A DNA stretch of 64,000 nucleotides. It comes from Candidatus Cloacimonadales bacterium. GTDB lineage: Bacteria; Cloacimonadota; Cloacimonadia; Cloacimonadales; JAFGVF01. The notes under the pieces are model-generated. The model had not been told where the DNA came from. It searched no databases and worked only from the letters and a program-made list of their open reading frames with translations. Made by a program: the position numbers and the translations under genes. This document shows, piece by piece, positions 1-9,801 of this stretch. Where the stretch lies: positions 608,001 to 672,000 of the forward strand of contig OY762964.1 of NCBI GenBank assembly GCA_963667035.1. Direction: 5' to 3'. Every line of letters starts with the position of its first letter. Positions within the stretch are counted from its first letter, which is position 1.

Positions 1-43
1 CATCCTGCGATTGATAATATGACTAATAATATGAGGATGTATT

Positions 44-1369
44 TCATTTTCTTTCCAATACTATTATGTTTTCTATATGCCAAGTATATGGGAACATATC
101 AAATGGTTGAATATCTTTTATTATGTATCCTTCTTCAAGAAATTGCTTTAAATCTCTTACTTGAGTTGATGGATTACAACTGATGTATATAATGTTTTTA
201 ACTCCCAGACCTGATGTAGCTGATATTATGGACTTAGTCATTCCTTTTCTGGGTGGGTCGAAAATAATTGTATCCGGGGTGGTTTTTTTGAATATCTCAG
301 GGAGGACAGATTCTACATCTCCACAGTAATAATGGCAATTGGACATGTTATTTCTTTCTGCATTCTCTTTTGCATCTTTTACTGCTTCTTCAACTGATTC
401 AATACCAATAATCTCTTTGCATAGATCACTTAATGCAATACCAATGCTTCCGGTACCGCAATATGCATCAATTACTACAGAATCTTTGGTAAGATATTCA
501 GAGACATACCTAAGCATTGCTTCTGCTTGAGGAGTGTTTACTTGGAAAAATGATTGATAGTTAATTCTGAATGTTTTACCGCAGAGTATATCGTACAAGT
601 ATGGCACACCGTATAGAATTTTCTCTTGCTCCCCCAGAATCCTGTTACCGTTTGTAGGATTAATATTCTGTATTATCCCCTTTACTTGAGGGAATTCATC
701 TGTTAGACGCTTTACCAGTTGCTTTGTGAAAGGTAGTTTAGAGGATTTAGTAACTAGTATGATAAGCAATTCTTCGGTAACTTCTGAATATCGGATTCCA
801 ACATGCCTTAACAGACCACTCTGCTTCTTTTCATCATAAATCTTTACTTTTGCAGAGATAATGTAATCTTTAATCACATCCATTATTCGTTTATATAGGG
901 GAGGGTGAAGTAAACAATCTTCGTGCTCAATGACATCATGACTTTGATTGGCAAACATCCCTATCAATGGAGAGTCTGTTGTTCCTCCAACAGGCATGAA
1001 GCTCTTGTTGCGATAATATCTTTCCTGAGGAGAAGGTGAAACCGATTTCACATGAAAGTCTATATCTCTGAATAATTCTCTGATAATGGTTGTTTTATAT
1101 TCTATCTGTTTAGCGTATTCAAGGTGAGACCAATTACAACCGCCGCATTTAGAAAATGCTGTGCATTCAGGTTCAATATAATCCGGAGAATGTGATACAT
1201 ACTTGTTAATCTCAGCAAAAAGAGATCTCTTCTTTGTGTACTTTACCTTGACATCAACTATGTCTCCGGGAAGTGCAGAAGGGACAAAAACGCTTTGTCC
1301 CTCCCAAAATCCGAGACCATAGCCACCGAATACCGGCTTTTCTATCTTTAAACTTTTAATGTTTTTCAT
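44..1369 (-). CDS. rlmD: 23S rRNA (uracil-C5)-methyltransferase, RlmD/TrmA family
   Basis: N-terminal TRAM-like region, CxxxxxCGGC Fe-S motif, SFFQVN, DAYCGTG SAM motif, DPPRKG, YISCNP, DMFPYTWHIE. Confidence 0.92.
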   Translation of the reverse strand: MKNIKSLKIEKPVFGGYGLGFWEGQSVFVPSALPGDIVDVKVKYTKKRSLFAEINKYVSHSPDYIEPECTAFSKCGGCNWSHLEYAKQIEYKTTIIRELFRDIDFHVKSVSPSPQERYYRNKSFMPVGGTTDSPLIGMFANQSHDVIEHEDCLLHPPLYKRIMDVIKDYIISAKVKIYDEKKQSGLLRHVGIRYSEVTEELLIILVTKSSKLPFTKQLVKRLTDEFPQVKGIIQNINPTNGNRILGEQEKILYGVPYLYDILCGKTFRINYQSFFQVNTPQAEAMLRYVSEYLTKDSVVIDAYCGTGSIGIALSDLCKEIIGIESVEEAVKDAKENAERNNMSNCHYYCGDVESVLPEIFKKTTPDTIIFDPPRKGMTKSIISATSGLGVKNIIYISCNPSTQVRDLKQFLEEGYIIKDIQPFDMFPYTWHIENIIVLERK

Positions 1370-2077
1370 TTATCCTTTGATTGGCATAAACCTTATTTTC
1401 CAAACATTCCAGATTGCTTCGTAGACAATTTCGGAAGACATCTTAGATTGACCGTCTCTTCTTTCTGTGAATACTATTGGCATTTCTTTTATTCTGAACT
1501 TCTTCTGCCAGGCTCTATATTTCATTTCAATTTGGAATGAGTATCCATCAGATATTATTGAATCAAAATCTATGCTTTCAAGTACTTCTCTTCTATAGCA
1601 CTTAAAACCCGCTGTAGGGTCTTTGAAAGGCATTCCGGTTATTGCCCTAACATACCAAGAAGCAAAATAACTCAGTAACAATCTTTTAAAAGGCCAGTTC
1701 ACAACATTAATACCATCGCAATAACGAGAACCGATAATCAAGTCTTTATGCTCAATCTCTTTAAGCATTCTTAGAATATCATCCGGATTATGCGAGAAGT
1801 CAGCGTCCATCTCAACAATGAAATCGTATCCATGTTCAAGTGCATACTTAAAACCGGCAATGTAAGCAGTTCCCAGTCCTTGTTTACCCTTTCTCTTCAT
1901 CAGGTGTAAACGTTGATGGTCGGAAAGTAGTTGCTCAACAAGTTTTCCTGTTCCGTCAGGGGAGTTGTCATCGACTATCAATATCTCTAATTCATCATTT
2001 AGATTTAGAACATAGTCAATGATTTTGGGAGCATTCTCTATCTCATTATATGTTGGTATTATTATTAAAGTACTCAT
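1370..2077 (-). CDS. Polyprenol monophosphomannose synthase-like GT2 glycosyltransferase
   Basis: IIPTYNE, VDDNSPDGT, EMDADFSH, GSRY and GYSFQIEM motifs. Confidence 0.88.
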   Translation of the reverse strand: MSTLIIIPTYNEIENAPKIIDYVLNLNDELEILIVDDNSPDGTGKLVEQLLSDHQRLHLMKRKGKQGLGTAYIAGFKYALEHGYDFIVEMDADFSHNPDDILRMLKEIEHKDLIIGSRYCDGINVVNWPFKRLLLSYFASWYVRAITGMPFKDPTAGFKCYRREVLESIDFDSIISDGYSFQIEMKYRAWQKKFRIKEMPIVFTERRDGQSKMSSEIVYEAIWNVWKIRFMPIKG

Positions 2078-2097
2078 TATATCTTCCTTACGAGAGC

Positions 2098-2856
2098 TTA
2101 TTTGTCCAGATTGTTCTCCAGACGTTGTCCCTCTAAAACATCTCTTATCTCTCTAGACGGATGGCCAAGATAAAGCTTTCCGGGTGCCGTGTCCTTGCTT
2201 ACAAGAGTTCCTGCAGCAATCTGACTATCCTCACCAATTACTTTTCCGGGAAGTATAGTTGCATTAACTCCAATTCTTCCACCACGTTTTATTGTTACGC
2301 CCTTGAAATGTTCGTAACGCTCTTTATCTCTTGCCATATAGTTATCGTTACTTGTTGCTACGCATGGAGCAACAAAACAATAATCCTCTACTTCAGAGTA
2401 TGCTGTAATGTAAGCATTTGTTTCGAATTTATTTCTGTCACCAATCTTAACAAAATTCTCTATAGTTACATTACGTCCTACTATGTTTAGATTTCCTATT
2501 GTCACATTTTCTCTTACGGTTGCTAAATCTGCTACCAAGTTGTTGTCACCAATGGTTGCTTGACAATATATCACAACATTAGCTCCAATCTGACAGAGTT
2601 TTCCAATTCTAGCCGGTTCCATGTTATCGGCAACTTTGAATATACTTCTTGGTGAACTTAAAGGTCTTTTCCCAATTATGGTATTAGCATCAACTCTAAC
2701 ACCTTCACCAATAACACTATTACTATATATTACAACGTTATGTCCAATAAGACAATTATCGCCTATTTCAACGTTATCTTCTATTACTACGTTAAAACCT
2801 AATTTAACATTTTCTCCTATTTTTGCTTTTTGAGAAATATATCCGGTTGTTTGCAT
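2098..2856 (-). CDS. Hexapeptide-repeat (left-handed beta-helix) acyl/acetyltransferase
   Basis: Repeated [IV]GxxxxI hexapeptides; start placed at ATG 2856 behind GGAGG (ORF track starts at 2868). Confidence 0.8.
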   Translation of the reverse strand: MQTTGYISQKAKIGENVKLGFNVVIEDNVEIGDNCLIGHNVVIYSNSVIGEGVRVDANTIIGKRPLSSPRSIFKVADNMEPARIGKLCQIGANVVIYCQATIGDNNLVADLATVRENVTIGNLNIVGRNVTIENFVKIGDRNKFETNAYITAYSEVEDYCFVAPCVATSNDNYMARDKERYEHFKGVTIKRGGRIGVNATILPGKVIGEDSQIAAGTLVSKDTAPGKLYLGHPSREIRDVLEGQRLENNLDK

Positions 2857-3059
2857 TAAAGCCTCCAATATGATAATACTTGAACAGAAATTGCGTTACA
2901 CTTTTAGTCAAGAAAATATCTCCTTCAATGACTTGAATAATAAACAATGTGACTCTCTATTCTCTTCAGAAATCAATTAATATGCCTTGTTTGTACAATT
3001 TGATTGACAAACAAATAATTACTATTAACAATCAATACAAACACATATAAGGAGTAACT

Positions 3060-5177
3060 ATGAAAAAGATTGTTTTGTTCTTAATCAGTATCTATCTTAT
3101 TATACCTGTATTTTCTATCTATCATAAGATTGGAGAATATGAGCACCCAAGCAATTTCTCCTATCTAGCTGTTTCCAATGATAGAGGGTATCTGTCATGC
3201 GGTAATGATAGTCTTGTAGTATTAGATGTATCCATTCCTGAGAATCCTCAATTTCGATCAGTATATGATACCGGAATAATCATACATGAATTATGCTTGA
3301 TTGATACTTTATTGTTCATTGGATCGCATGGTTCCGGAGTTCAGATTCTTAATGTGTCTGATTCCCAGAACCCTGTATTACTCAGTGAATATGTAACATC
3401 CGCATATATACGATCAATTAATGTTGTCGGAAATATCGCTTATTTATGTACAATTATGAATGGTATTGAGATAGTCGATGTTTCAGATGTTTACAATCCA
3501 CAGCTAATTAGTAATTATAATAATCTTATTGATGCATATTCGATAAAAATAGTAGGGGATATTGCTTATGTTGCTAACGGTATTCATGGATTAACAGTAC
3601 TGGATATTTCAGAACCACAAGTTCCGCAACTTGTTAGAACTTATCAGACAGATCAATCCTTACACTATGTAGATGTTGAAGGTGATTTGATGTTTCTCGG
3701 TATGCTTTCTATCGGACTGGAAGTATTGAATATTACAGATATAAACAATATTCAACAATTGGATAGATATCAGATATCACAGATAATCTTTCTTGATGTT
3801 CAGGGAGGGTTATGTCATATTGGAGACAGGGAAAAGGGGTTGTTGGTAATTGATTATTCAACACCGGATAATCTAGAGTTAGGTGGTATTTATAACAGTG
3901 CAAGAGATAAGAAATCAATTTGTATCTATGATTATTGCGCATACTTGGTAGATGATAGATCTGACTTAGATATTATAGATATATCAGAACCGGATATTAA
4001 TATTCAGAGAAGCAGTTTCTCCGAGTCTGTATCGGTTAATATAGTTAAATCAATAAATAACGCCACATTCGTTGGAGATGATATCGGAATAAAAGTTTAT
4101 GATCTCGCTGATATCAATAATCCTATACTACTAAACTCAGTTGAAGTGCCTGAAGGTGTAAGAGACTTTTTTATTGATGGTAACATTATTTATTTGGCAT
4201 CACCTCGGAGTGTCTATACATTGAATATTTCTAATTTACAGAATTTGCAGTTAGGCGGTTTTTATCATAATGGTGGTTACGGTGAGATAATATCAATAAT
4301 CTATTCGGATAGTTTGATTTATTATTCTACGACTCATAACGGAATTCGAGTTCTTGATGCAACTAATCCACTATCATTGCAATCAATCTGCTCTCATTTC
4401 AACAATACCCTTATAAATGATATGCAGATTTCAGGAGATATAGTGAAAGCTGCATGCGGTTGGACAGGGTTAGTTACTTTCGATGTATCTAATCCACCTA
4501 TACCTAATCAGGTTTGTCAGTTAGATATTACCGATTATGCTAAGAAGATTGTTCAAAATTCTCAAGTAGTTTACATCGCAACAGGCAAGAACGGTTTAAA
4601 AGTCATTGATACTTCAAACATGTCAGATTGTTATTGTTGTGAAACTATATTGCCAAGAGAAACAAGTAGTATTGATGATTGTTTTATCTATAACAACTGC
4701 CTGATTATTTGTGATAGTAACTGGAATGAAATCAGTATATATGATATCAGTAATCCACTACAACCACGATTAGTTGATTCTTTTCAATGGAATTTACATG
4801 TAAATAATATAGATGTCGAGGATGATATACTGTTCTTAGCCAATGGTTCGAATGGTGTTAGTACTCTTGAATCGGTTTTTCTAACAAACAATCACGAGGA
4901 GATTCAAGAGATACAGAAGTTAATATCATTAAGTAATTTTCCCAATCCCTTCAATCCTGAAACAACAATATCATTTCAGTTAACCAAAAGTTCTTATGTA
5001 ACTCTAAAAGTATACAATATCAAAGGTGAGTTAATAGAAACACTGATTTCAGGAAATGTCCTCGCCGGTAGCCATAGCTATGAATGGAAACCTGAGAATG
5101 TAGCAAGTGGAGTATACTTCTGTAGATTATCTGATGGTAAGAAGACAGTCACTCAAAAGCTAATATTGTTAAAATAG
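3060..5177 (+). CDS. Secreted LVIVD-repeat beta-propeller protein with C-terminal FlgD-Ig/T9SS-type sorting domain
   Basis: Signal peptide, many G(L/I)xxxD(I/V)SxPxxP repeats, C-terminal NFPNPFNP...SGVYF...KLILLK; AGGAG RBS. Confidence 0.82.
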   Translation: MKKIVLFLISIYLIIPVFSIYHKIGEYEHPSNFSYLAVSNDRGYLSCGNDSLVVLDVSIPENPQFRSVYDTGIIIHELCLIDTLLFIGSHGSGVQILNVSDSQNPVLLSEYVTSAYIRSINVVGNIAYLCTIMNGIEIVDVSDVYNPQLISNYNNLIDAYSIKIVGDIAYVANGIHGLTVLDISEPQVPQLVRTYQTDQSLHYVDVEGDLMFLGMLSIGLEVLNITDINNIQQLDRYQISQIIFLDVQGGLCHIGDREKGLLVIDYSTPDNLELGGIYNSARDKKSICIYDYCAYLVDDRSDLDIIDISEPDINIQRSSFSESVSVNIVKSINNATFVGDDIGIKVYDLADINNPILLNSVEVPEGVRDFFIDGNIIYLASPRSVYTLNISNLQNLQLGGFYHNGGYGEIISIIYSDSLIYYSTTHNGIRVLDATNPLSLQSICSHFNNTLINDMQISGDIVKAACGWTGLVTFDVSNPPIPNQVCQLDITDYAKKIVQNSQVVYIATGKNGLKVIDTSNMSDCYCCETILPRETSSIDDCFIYNNCLIICDSNWNEISIYDISNPLQPRLVDSFQWNLHVNNIDVEDDILFLANGSNGVSTLESVFLTNNHEEIQEIQKLISLSNFPNPFNPETTISFQLTKSSYVTLKVYNIKGELIETLISGNVLAGSHSYEWKPENVASGVYFCRLSDGKKTVTQKLILLK

Positions 5178-5202
5178 TGCTAACGGGTTTAACATGATTG
5201 TC

Positions 5203-5392
5203 ATCATTTTAGATCCTAACTGTTTTCTCACATTCCATACTCAACCAACGCACTGCGTTTGCACTGTGCAGCCACTATTGAGGCACTGTGCACGCACTGA
5301 AACACCGGGTTGGCAGTGCCTTCACAGTGGGATCACAGTGCGAAAAGTGTGCTTTAGTAATTCGTTTAAACAATGTGAAGTAATAATTAATA
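5203..5392 (+). repeat. Dispersed 11-bp-phased CACTG/CAGTG element, copy 1
   Basis: CACT(G/A) at 5251, 5262, 5273, 5284, 5295; CAGTG at 5314, 5325, 5336; homologous to the reverse complement of 15250-15378 and 41313-41506. Confidence 0.9.
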
Positions 5393-5577
5393 GTACGATT
5401 CATCTTTATAAACGAATCAATTACTTGCTTCAAAAGGATAGAATGATGATAATTCAGCTTTGTTTATTTTTATTGATAATTATGATAGCACTATGAATAC
5501 CGCATTTAATCGCTAATCAGAACTGTATAATTCAGATATTTAGAAAGGAAAAACAAAAGAGATATTGACAAGAATCA

Positions 5578-5603
5578 GTATACAAACATTCATGTTTGTA
5601 TAC
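5578..5603. promoter_or_regulatory. TetR/AcrR operator palindrome just downstream of TTGACA (5565-5570)
   Basis: Perfect 12-bp inverted repeat GTATACAAACAT-TC-ATGTTTGTATAC upstream of the tetR start; resembles the E. coli AcrR operator. Confidence 0.8.
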
Positions 5604-5615
5604 AAAGAGGAAGAT

Positions 5616-6257
5616 ATGAGAAGAACTAAAAGTGACGCAGAACAAACAAAGCATGACCTGGTTATGGCAGCACTTAAGCTATTCAGCGAAAATGGTTATT
5701 CAGCTACTAATTTAGCTGATATTGCCAAGCGTGCCGGAACAACCAGAGGTGCAATCTATTGGCACTTTGAAAACAAGGATCATTTATTCTCATATCTTAT
5801 TGAACAAGGCATGAACTATCTATGCAATTATATTGAATATTCATATCAACAGGAAGGCACCTTCCTAGACAGAACCAAAAGATTATTCGTAAGTTTTAGA
5901 GATTTGGATTCCTATGAACTTGCTTTGTTTAATTTCATTAAAGATAATTTCATTCAAGTAAGGAAAATACCATCCGTTCAGAGTATTTTTGAAACTTTTT
6001 ACCAAAGAGCGATTAAAGCATTGAACATCGTTGAAAAGGAAGTTTTAATAGCACAGAAGCATGGTGAGCTTGATGAGAATATTGATTCGGGAGCTTTGAG
6101 TGTTTATATTTTGAACTTTCTTGCATTGATAGGAATCAAGAGCAGTCCTGAGATTGATTTGCGCAATTTAGTGTTGGGAAGAGAAGTTAAGGATTTTTCA
6201 GAGGATTTAATAGATTTTGCATTTAAAGGACTAAATAGTATAAAGAAGAAATCGTAA
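5616..6257 (+). CDS. TetR/AcrR family transcriptional regulator
   Basis: MRRTK...AALKLFSENGYSATNLADIAKRAGTTRGAIYWHFENK HTH; start at ATG 5616 after GAGG. Confidence 0.9.
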   Translation: MRRTKSDAEQTKHDLVMAALKLFSENGYSATNLADIAKRAGTTRGAIYWHFENKDHLFSYLIEQGMNYLCNYIEYSYQQEGTFLDRTKRLFVSFRDLDSYELALFNFIKDNFIQVRKIPSVQSIFETFYQRAIKALNIVEKEVLIAQKHGELDENIDSGALSVYILNFLALIGIKSSPEIDLRNLVLGREVKDFSEDLIDFAFKGLNSIKKKS

Positions 6258-6292
6258 AAGAAATCAGACTTTTGCGACTATTTTTTTATCCC

Positions 6293-6316
6293 TATACAAA
6301 CATTCGTGTATGTATA
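6293..6316. promoter_or_regulatory. Second AcrR-type operator upstream of the RND operon
   Basis: TATACAAACATTCGTGTATGTATA, 22/24 identical to 5579-5602. Confidence 0.78.
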
Positions 6317-6346
6317 TAATGAGAATATTTGATAAATGGAGGAAAG

Positions 6347-9300
6347 ATGTTTCTATCGAAAATTGCGATAGATAGACCTGTGACGACCTGGGTATTTGTT
6401 ATTGTGCTTGTACTCATGGGATTACTAGCTTATCAATCAATTCCGCTAAGCTTAGCACCGGAAACTAATCTACCCGTGGTTTCTGTACAGATTGTTTATC
6501 CTGGTGCAGGTGCGGAAGAGATTCAAAACAATATTACGAAGAAAGTTGAAGATGAAGTTGCAACAATCAGTGATTTGGATTACTTCAATTCCTATGTTAT
6601 GGAAGGAGCTTCCGTAACTACTTTGATTTTTAAGACTTCTAAAGACGAGAATGTAGCTGTTAGAGAAGTTAAGGATAAAATTGAGCTAATTGCAAACGAT
6701 TTACCTGACGATGCTTATGAACCTGAGATTTCCAAGTTCGATATAGCATCTGAACCAATTATGACTTATTCTATGATAACTTCTTTATCTCCTGCTGATG
6801 CAAATGATTTTGCTGAGAACAATCTTGAACCAAGACTCTCAAGAATTACAGGTGTAGCGGAAATAGATCTCACCGGTGCTAATGAGAGAGAAATACAGGT
6901 AGTTCTAAATAGGAAACAGCTTAGTAAATACGGATTATCTCCATTGCAGCTAGTAAGCTTTCTGCAAATGAATAATATGAACCTTCCAGGCGGTAGTATC
7001 AGAAAAAACGGACATGAATACAGTGTAAAATATGAAGGTGAGTTTAAATCACTGAACGATATAGCTGATATTCAAGTTCCTACACCTAAAGGAAACAGAC
7101 ATTTAAGTGAACTTGCCGAAATCAGAGAGACAAGTAAGAAACCTCAGGACTTAAGTAGATTTCACGATTCACAGAGTTCATTGGAAGGTGAAAACCTTAC
7201 AGTTATCAATATGGGTGTCATCAAGCTTAACTCAGCTAATGTTGTGAAAGTGGCCGAACAGGTGAGAGCTGATATGGAACAGCTTAAAAAAGAGTTACCT
7301 GATAACATTGATATTATTCTGGCAGAGGATAGTTCAACTTTCGTTAAGAACTCCGTTAGAGATACACTCTCATCAATATACATGGGTATTATATTCACAG
7401 CCCTTGTGCTATTATTATTCTTACACGATTTGAGAAGTACATTCGTTGTTGCTATCTCAATGCCGGTAGTGTTAATAGCAACATTCATGCTCGTGAATGG
7501 AGCAGGATTCACTCTCAATATCATGTCATTAATGGCTATGAGTGTATCGGTGGGAACGCTAGTTACGAACTCGGTTGTGATTCTGGAGAATATTGACAGA
7601 TACATTAAGATGGGAATGAATAAAATTGAAGCTTCAAATAAAGGGACATCAGAGATTGCAGTTGCCGTTATAGCTTCAACAGTTACTAACATCGTTGTGT
7701 TTGTGCCAATTGCTACAATGCAATCAATGGTTGGATCTATCTTTAAAGAATTCGGGCTTACAGTTGTGTTTATAATGGTACTTTCAATCATAATCAGTTT
7801 TACTCTTACACCAATGCTTGCATCTCAAATCATTAAAGTGAAGGGTAAGAAATCTAAGAACAGTTTTGGAAAGAGATTTGAAGATGGATTTGAAAAACTT
7901 GCTGTGTCATACAAGAACTCGGTTAAATGGGTTGTTTCTTCACCTGCTAAGAGATTCTCGGTTATTATCTTCTCTATATTGATTCTTGTTCTTGTTGCAG
8001 TAACACTAGGAAAAGGGATAGGAACCGAATTCGTACCTTATGTTGATGATGGTGTTATTCAAGTTACTGCTGAATTCCCTGCTTATTATGATTTGGATAA
8101 AACATCCGATAAGTTCATGGAAATGGAAAAAATAATAACTTCTCATGATGAAGTAGATAAAGTTATCGTTAATATTGGTTCTCTTGACATGACTGAAGGT
8201 GTATATGTCGGAAAGATTCGTATCTTCTTGAAGAAGGATAGAGAACAAACCACAACAAGTATAGCTAGAATAATGACTCAAGAACTCTCTGCTATTCCTG
8301 ACGGATTGATTAAAGTTGCGGAAGTATCTCAATTTGAGACGCCTAGTAAACCTATTCAATTTGATATAATGGGAACTGATCTTGAAGAAGTTAGGAAGCT
8401 TACTCAGCAAGTATTTGAAATTGCAGGAAATGTAGAAGGAGCACTTAACGTGGATACTGATATTCGTGCAGGTAAGCCGGAATACAAGTTTGTTCCCGAT
8501 AGAAAGAAACTTGCTGATGCAGGTGTAAATGTTTATGACATTGCAATGACTCTTAGGACCACAATTGAGGGTGTTGAATCTTCAACTTACCGCATTAATG
8601 GTGAAGAGTATGATATCAGAGTATTGCTTGATAATCAGAATATAAATGATGAAGATAAGCTAAGAGATATTCCTATCCTTACATCCCTCGGAGAGAAACA
8701 TCTTTCTGATTTGGGAAAAGTGGAACTCACCGAAGCTCCTACAATGATTTATAGAAAGAATAAGCTTATCATGCATTCAGTAACCGCTAGTATTGGTAGT
8801 AGAACACTTGGTGATATCGTGGGAGATATACAAAAAGGTATAGATGAAAAGATTACTATACCAAGCGAGTTCAAGATTGAGCAAGGTGGCGACGCTAAGC
8901 TTCAAAACGAAGCTATGGTTGATTTATCTCGTGCTTTCTTGATTGCTCTTGTACTTACTTTCCTTCTTATTGTGGCAATCTTGGAATCATGGAGTCAAGG
9001 TGTTATTATCATGACAACTATCCCTCTTTCGTTGATAGGTGTTATAACAGGACTCTCCATGTTTGGCGTTGCCTTAAACATCTTTGCGATGATGGCGGTG
9101 GTTATGCTAATCGGTATTGTTGTGAATAACGCTATTATCATTCTGGACTACACTAACCATCTTCACAGAAGCGGACTTGATAAAGTATCTGCTATCCTTG
9201 AAGCATCACATACAAAGCTGAGAGCTATTGTTATGGCTACATTAGCATCAGTACTTGGTATGTTACCTCTTGCTCTGGGATTGGGTGCCGGTGCAGAGTT

Positions 9301-9424
9301 GCGTCAAGGTGTTGGTGTTGTATCAATGGGAGGTTTGTTAACTTCAGCGATACTCACATTGTATGTGATACCTGTAATATATGTTCAATTCACTAAAAAG
9401 AAAATAGTTAATACGGAGGTCTGA
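6347..9424 (+). CDS. RND (AcrB/AcrD/AcrF family) efflux permease
   Basis: About 1025 aa, IDRPV start, 12-TM RND pattern, VVILENI, GIVVNNAIII; ATG 6347 after GGAGG. Confidence 0.93.
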   Translation: MFLSKIAIDRPVTTWVFVIVLVLMGLLAYQSIPLSLAPETNLPVVSVQIVYPGAGAEEIQNNITKKVEDEVATISDLDYFNSYVMEGASVTTLIFKTSKDENVAVREVKDKIELIANDLPDDAYEPEISKFDIASEPIMTYSMITSLSPADANDFAENNLEPRLSRITGVAEIDLTGANEREIQVVLNRKQLSKYGLSPLQLVSFLQMNNMNLPGGSIRKNGHEYSVKYEGEFKSLNDIADIQVPTPKGNRHLSELAEIRETSKKPQDLSRFHDSQSSLEGENLTVINMGVIKLNSANVVKVAEQVRADMEQLKKELPDNIDIILAEDSSTFVKNSVRDTLSSIYMGIIFTALVLLLFLHDLRSTFVVAISMPVVLIATFMLVNGAGFTLNIMSLMAMSVSVGTLVTNSVVILENIDRYIKMGMNKIEASNKGTSEIAVAVIASTVTNIVVFVPIATMQSMVGSIFKEFGLTVVFIMVLSIIISFTLTPMLASQIIKVKGKKSKNSFGKRFEDGFEKLAVSYKNSVKWVVSSPAKRFSVIIFSILILVLVAVTLGKGIGTEFVPYVDDGVIQVTAEFPAYYDLDKTSDKFMEMEKIITSHDEVDKVIVNIGSLDMTEGVYVGKIRIFLKKDREQTTTSIARIMTQELSAIPDGLIKVAEVSQFETPSKPIQFDIMGTDLEEVRKLTQQVFEIAGNVEGALNVDTDIRAGKPEYKFVPDRKKLADAGVNVYDIAMTLRTTIEGVESSTYRINGEEYDIRVLLDNQNINDEDKLRDIPILTSLGEKHLSDLGKVELTEAPTMIYRKNKLIMHSVTASIGSRTLGDIVGDIQKGIDEKITIPSEFKIEQGGDAKLQNEAMVDLSRAFLIALVLTFLLIVAILESWSQGVIIMTTIPLSLIGVITGLSMFGVALNIFAMMAVVMLIGIVVNNAIIILDYTNHLHRSGLDKVSAILEASHTKLRAIVMATLASVLGMLPLALGLGAGAELRQGVGVVSMGGLLTSAILTLYVIPVIYVQFTKKKIVNTEV

Positions 9425-9801
9425 TGTATACCCTACAAGAAACTCTAAATTTTCATGCTTCCCATCAGATTAAGATTAATGATGAACACGAAAGCATTAT
9501 GCATACACATCAGTGGTATGTTAGAATTACGGTTGGATTTACTGAACTTGATAAATACGGTATAAGTATGGAGTTTAACTACTTTCAGAATCAAGTTAGA
9601 GATATAATAAATCATTTCGATAACAGTCTCTTGAATGACCTTAAAGATTTTGAACATGAACAGCCTACTGTTGAGAACGTAGCTAGAATCATGTTTGAGA
9701 AGTTTGCTCATGATATAAACACAGATAACAAGAAGATTCATAAAGTGGAACTGTGGGTTAATCCAAGCAGAGTCATTTCATATAATGGTCAGGGGGCATA
9801 A
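9424..9801 (+). CDS. QueD/6-pyruvoyl-tetrahydropterin synthase-like T-fold protein
   Basis: FHASH...MHTH Zn ligands, D..LND, PTVENVA motif; overlaps both neighbours (TGATG, TAATG). Confidence 0.75.
   Translation: MYTLQETLNFHASHQIKINDEHESIMHTHQWYVRITVGFTELDKYGISMEFNYFQNQVRDIINHFDNSLLNDLKDFEHEQPTVENVARIMFEKFAHDINTDNKKIHKVELWVNPSRVISYNGQGA

Noticed and set aside
5251..5340. Phased repeat as a CRISPR-like array
   Set aside because: Units are 5-7 bp with 4-6 bp linkers, far too short, and they invert midway.
5194..5496. Short ORFs over the phased repeat (also 15284-15514 and 41308-41505) with recurring HC/TV peptides
   Set aside because: The repeat period is 11 bp, not a multiple of 3; starts, stops and lengths differ between copies; these are shadows of the DNA element.
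7162..7791. Long antisense ORFs (e.g. 7162-7791, 8006-8410, 29094-29468, 36288-36641)
   Set aside because: They lie opposite well-supported genes and carry no recognisable motifs.
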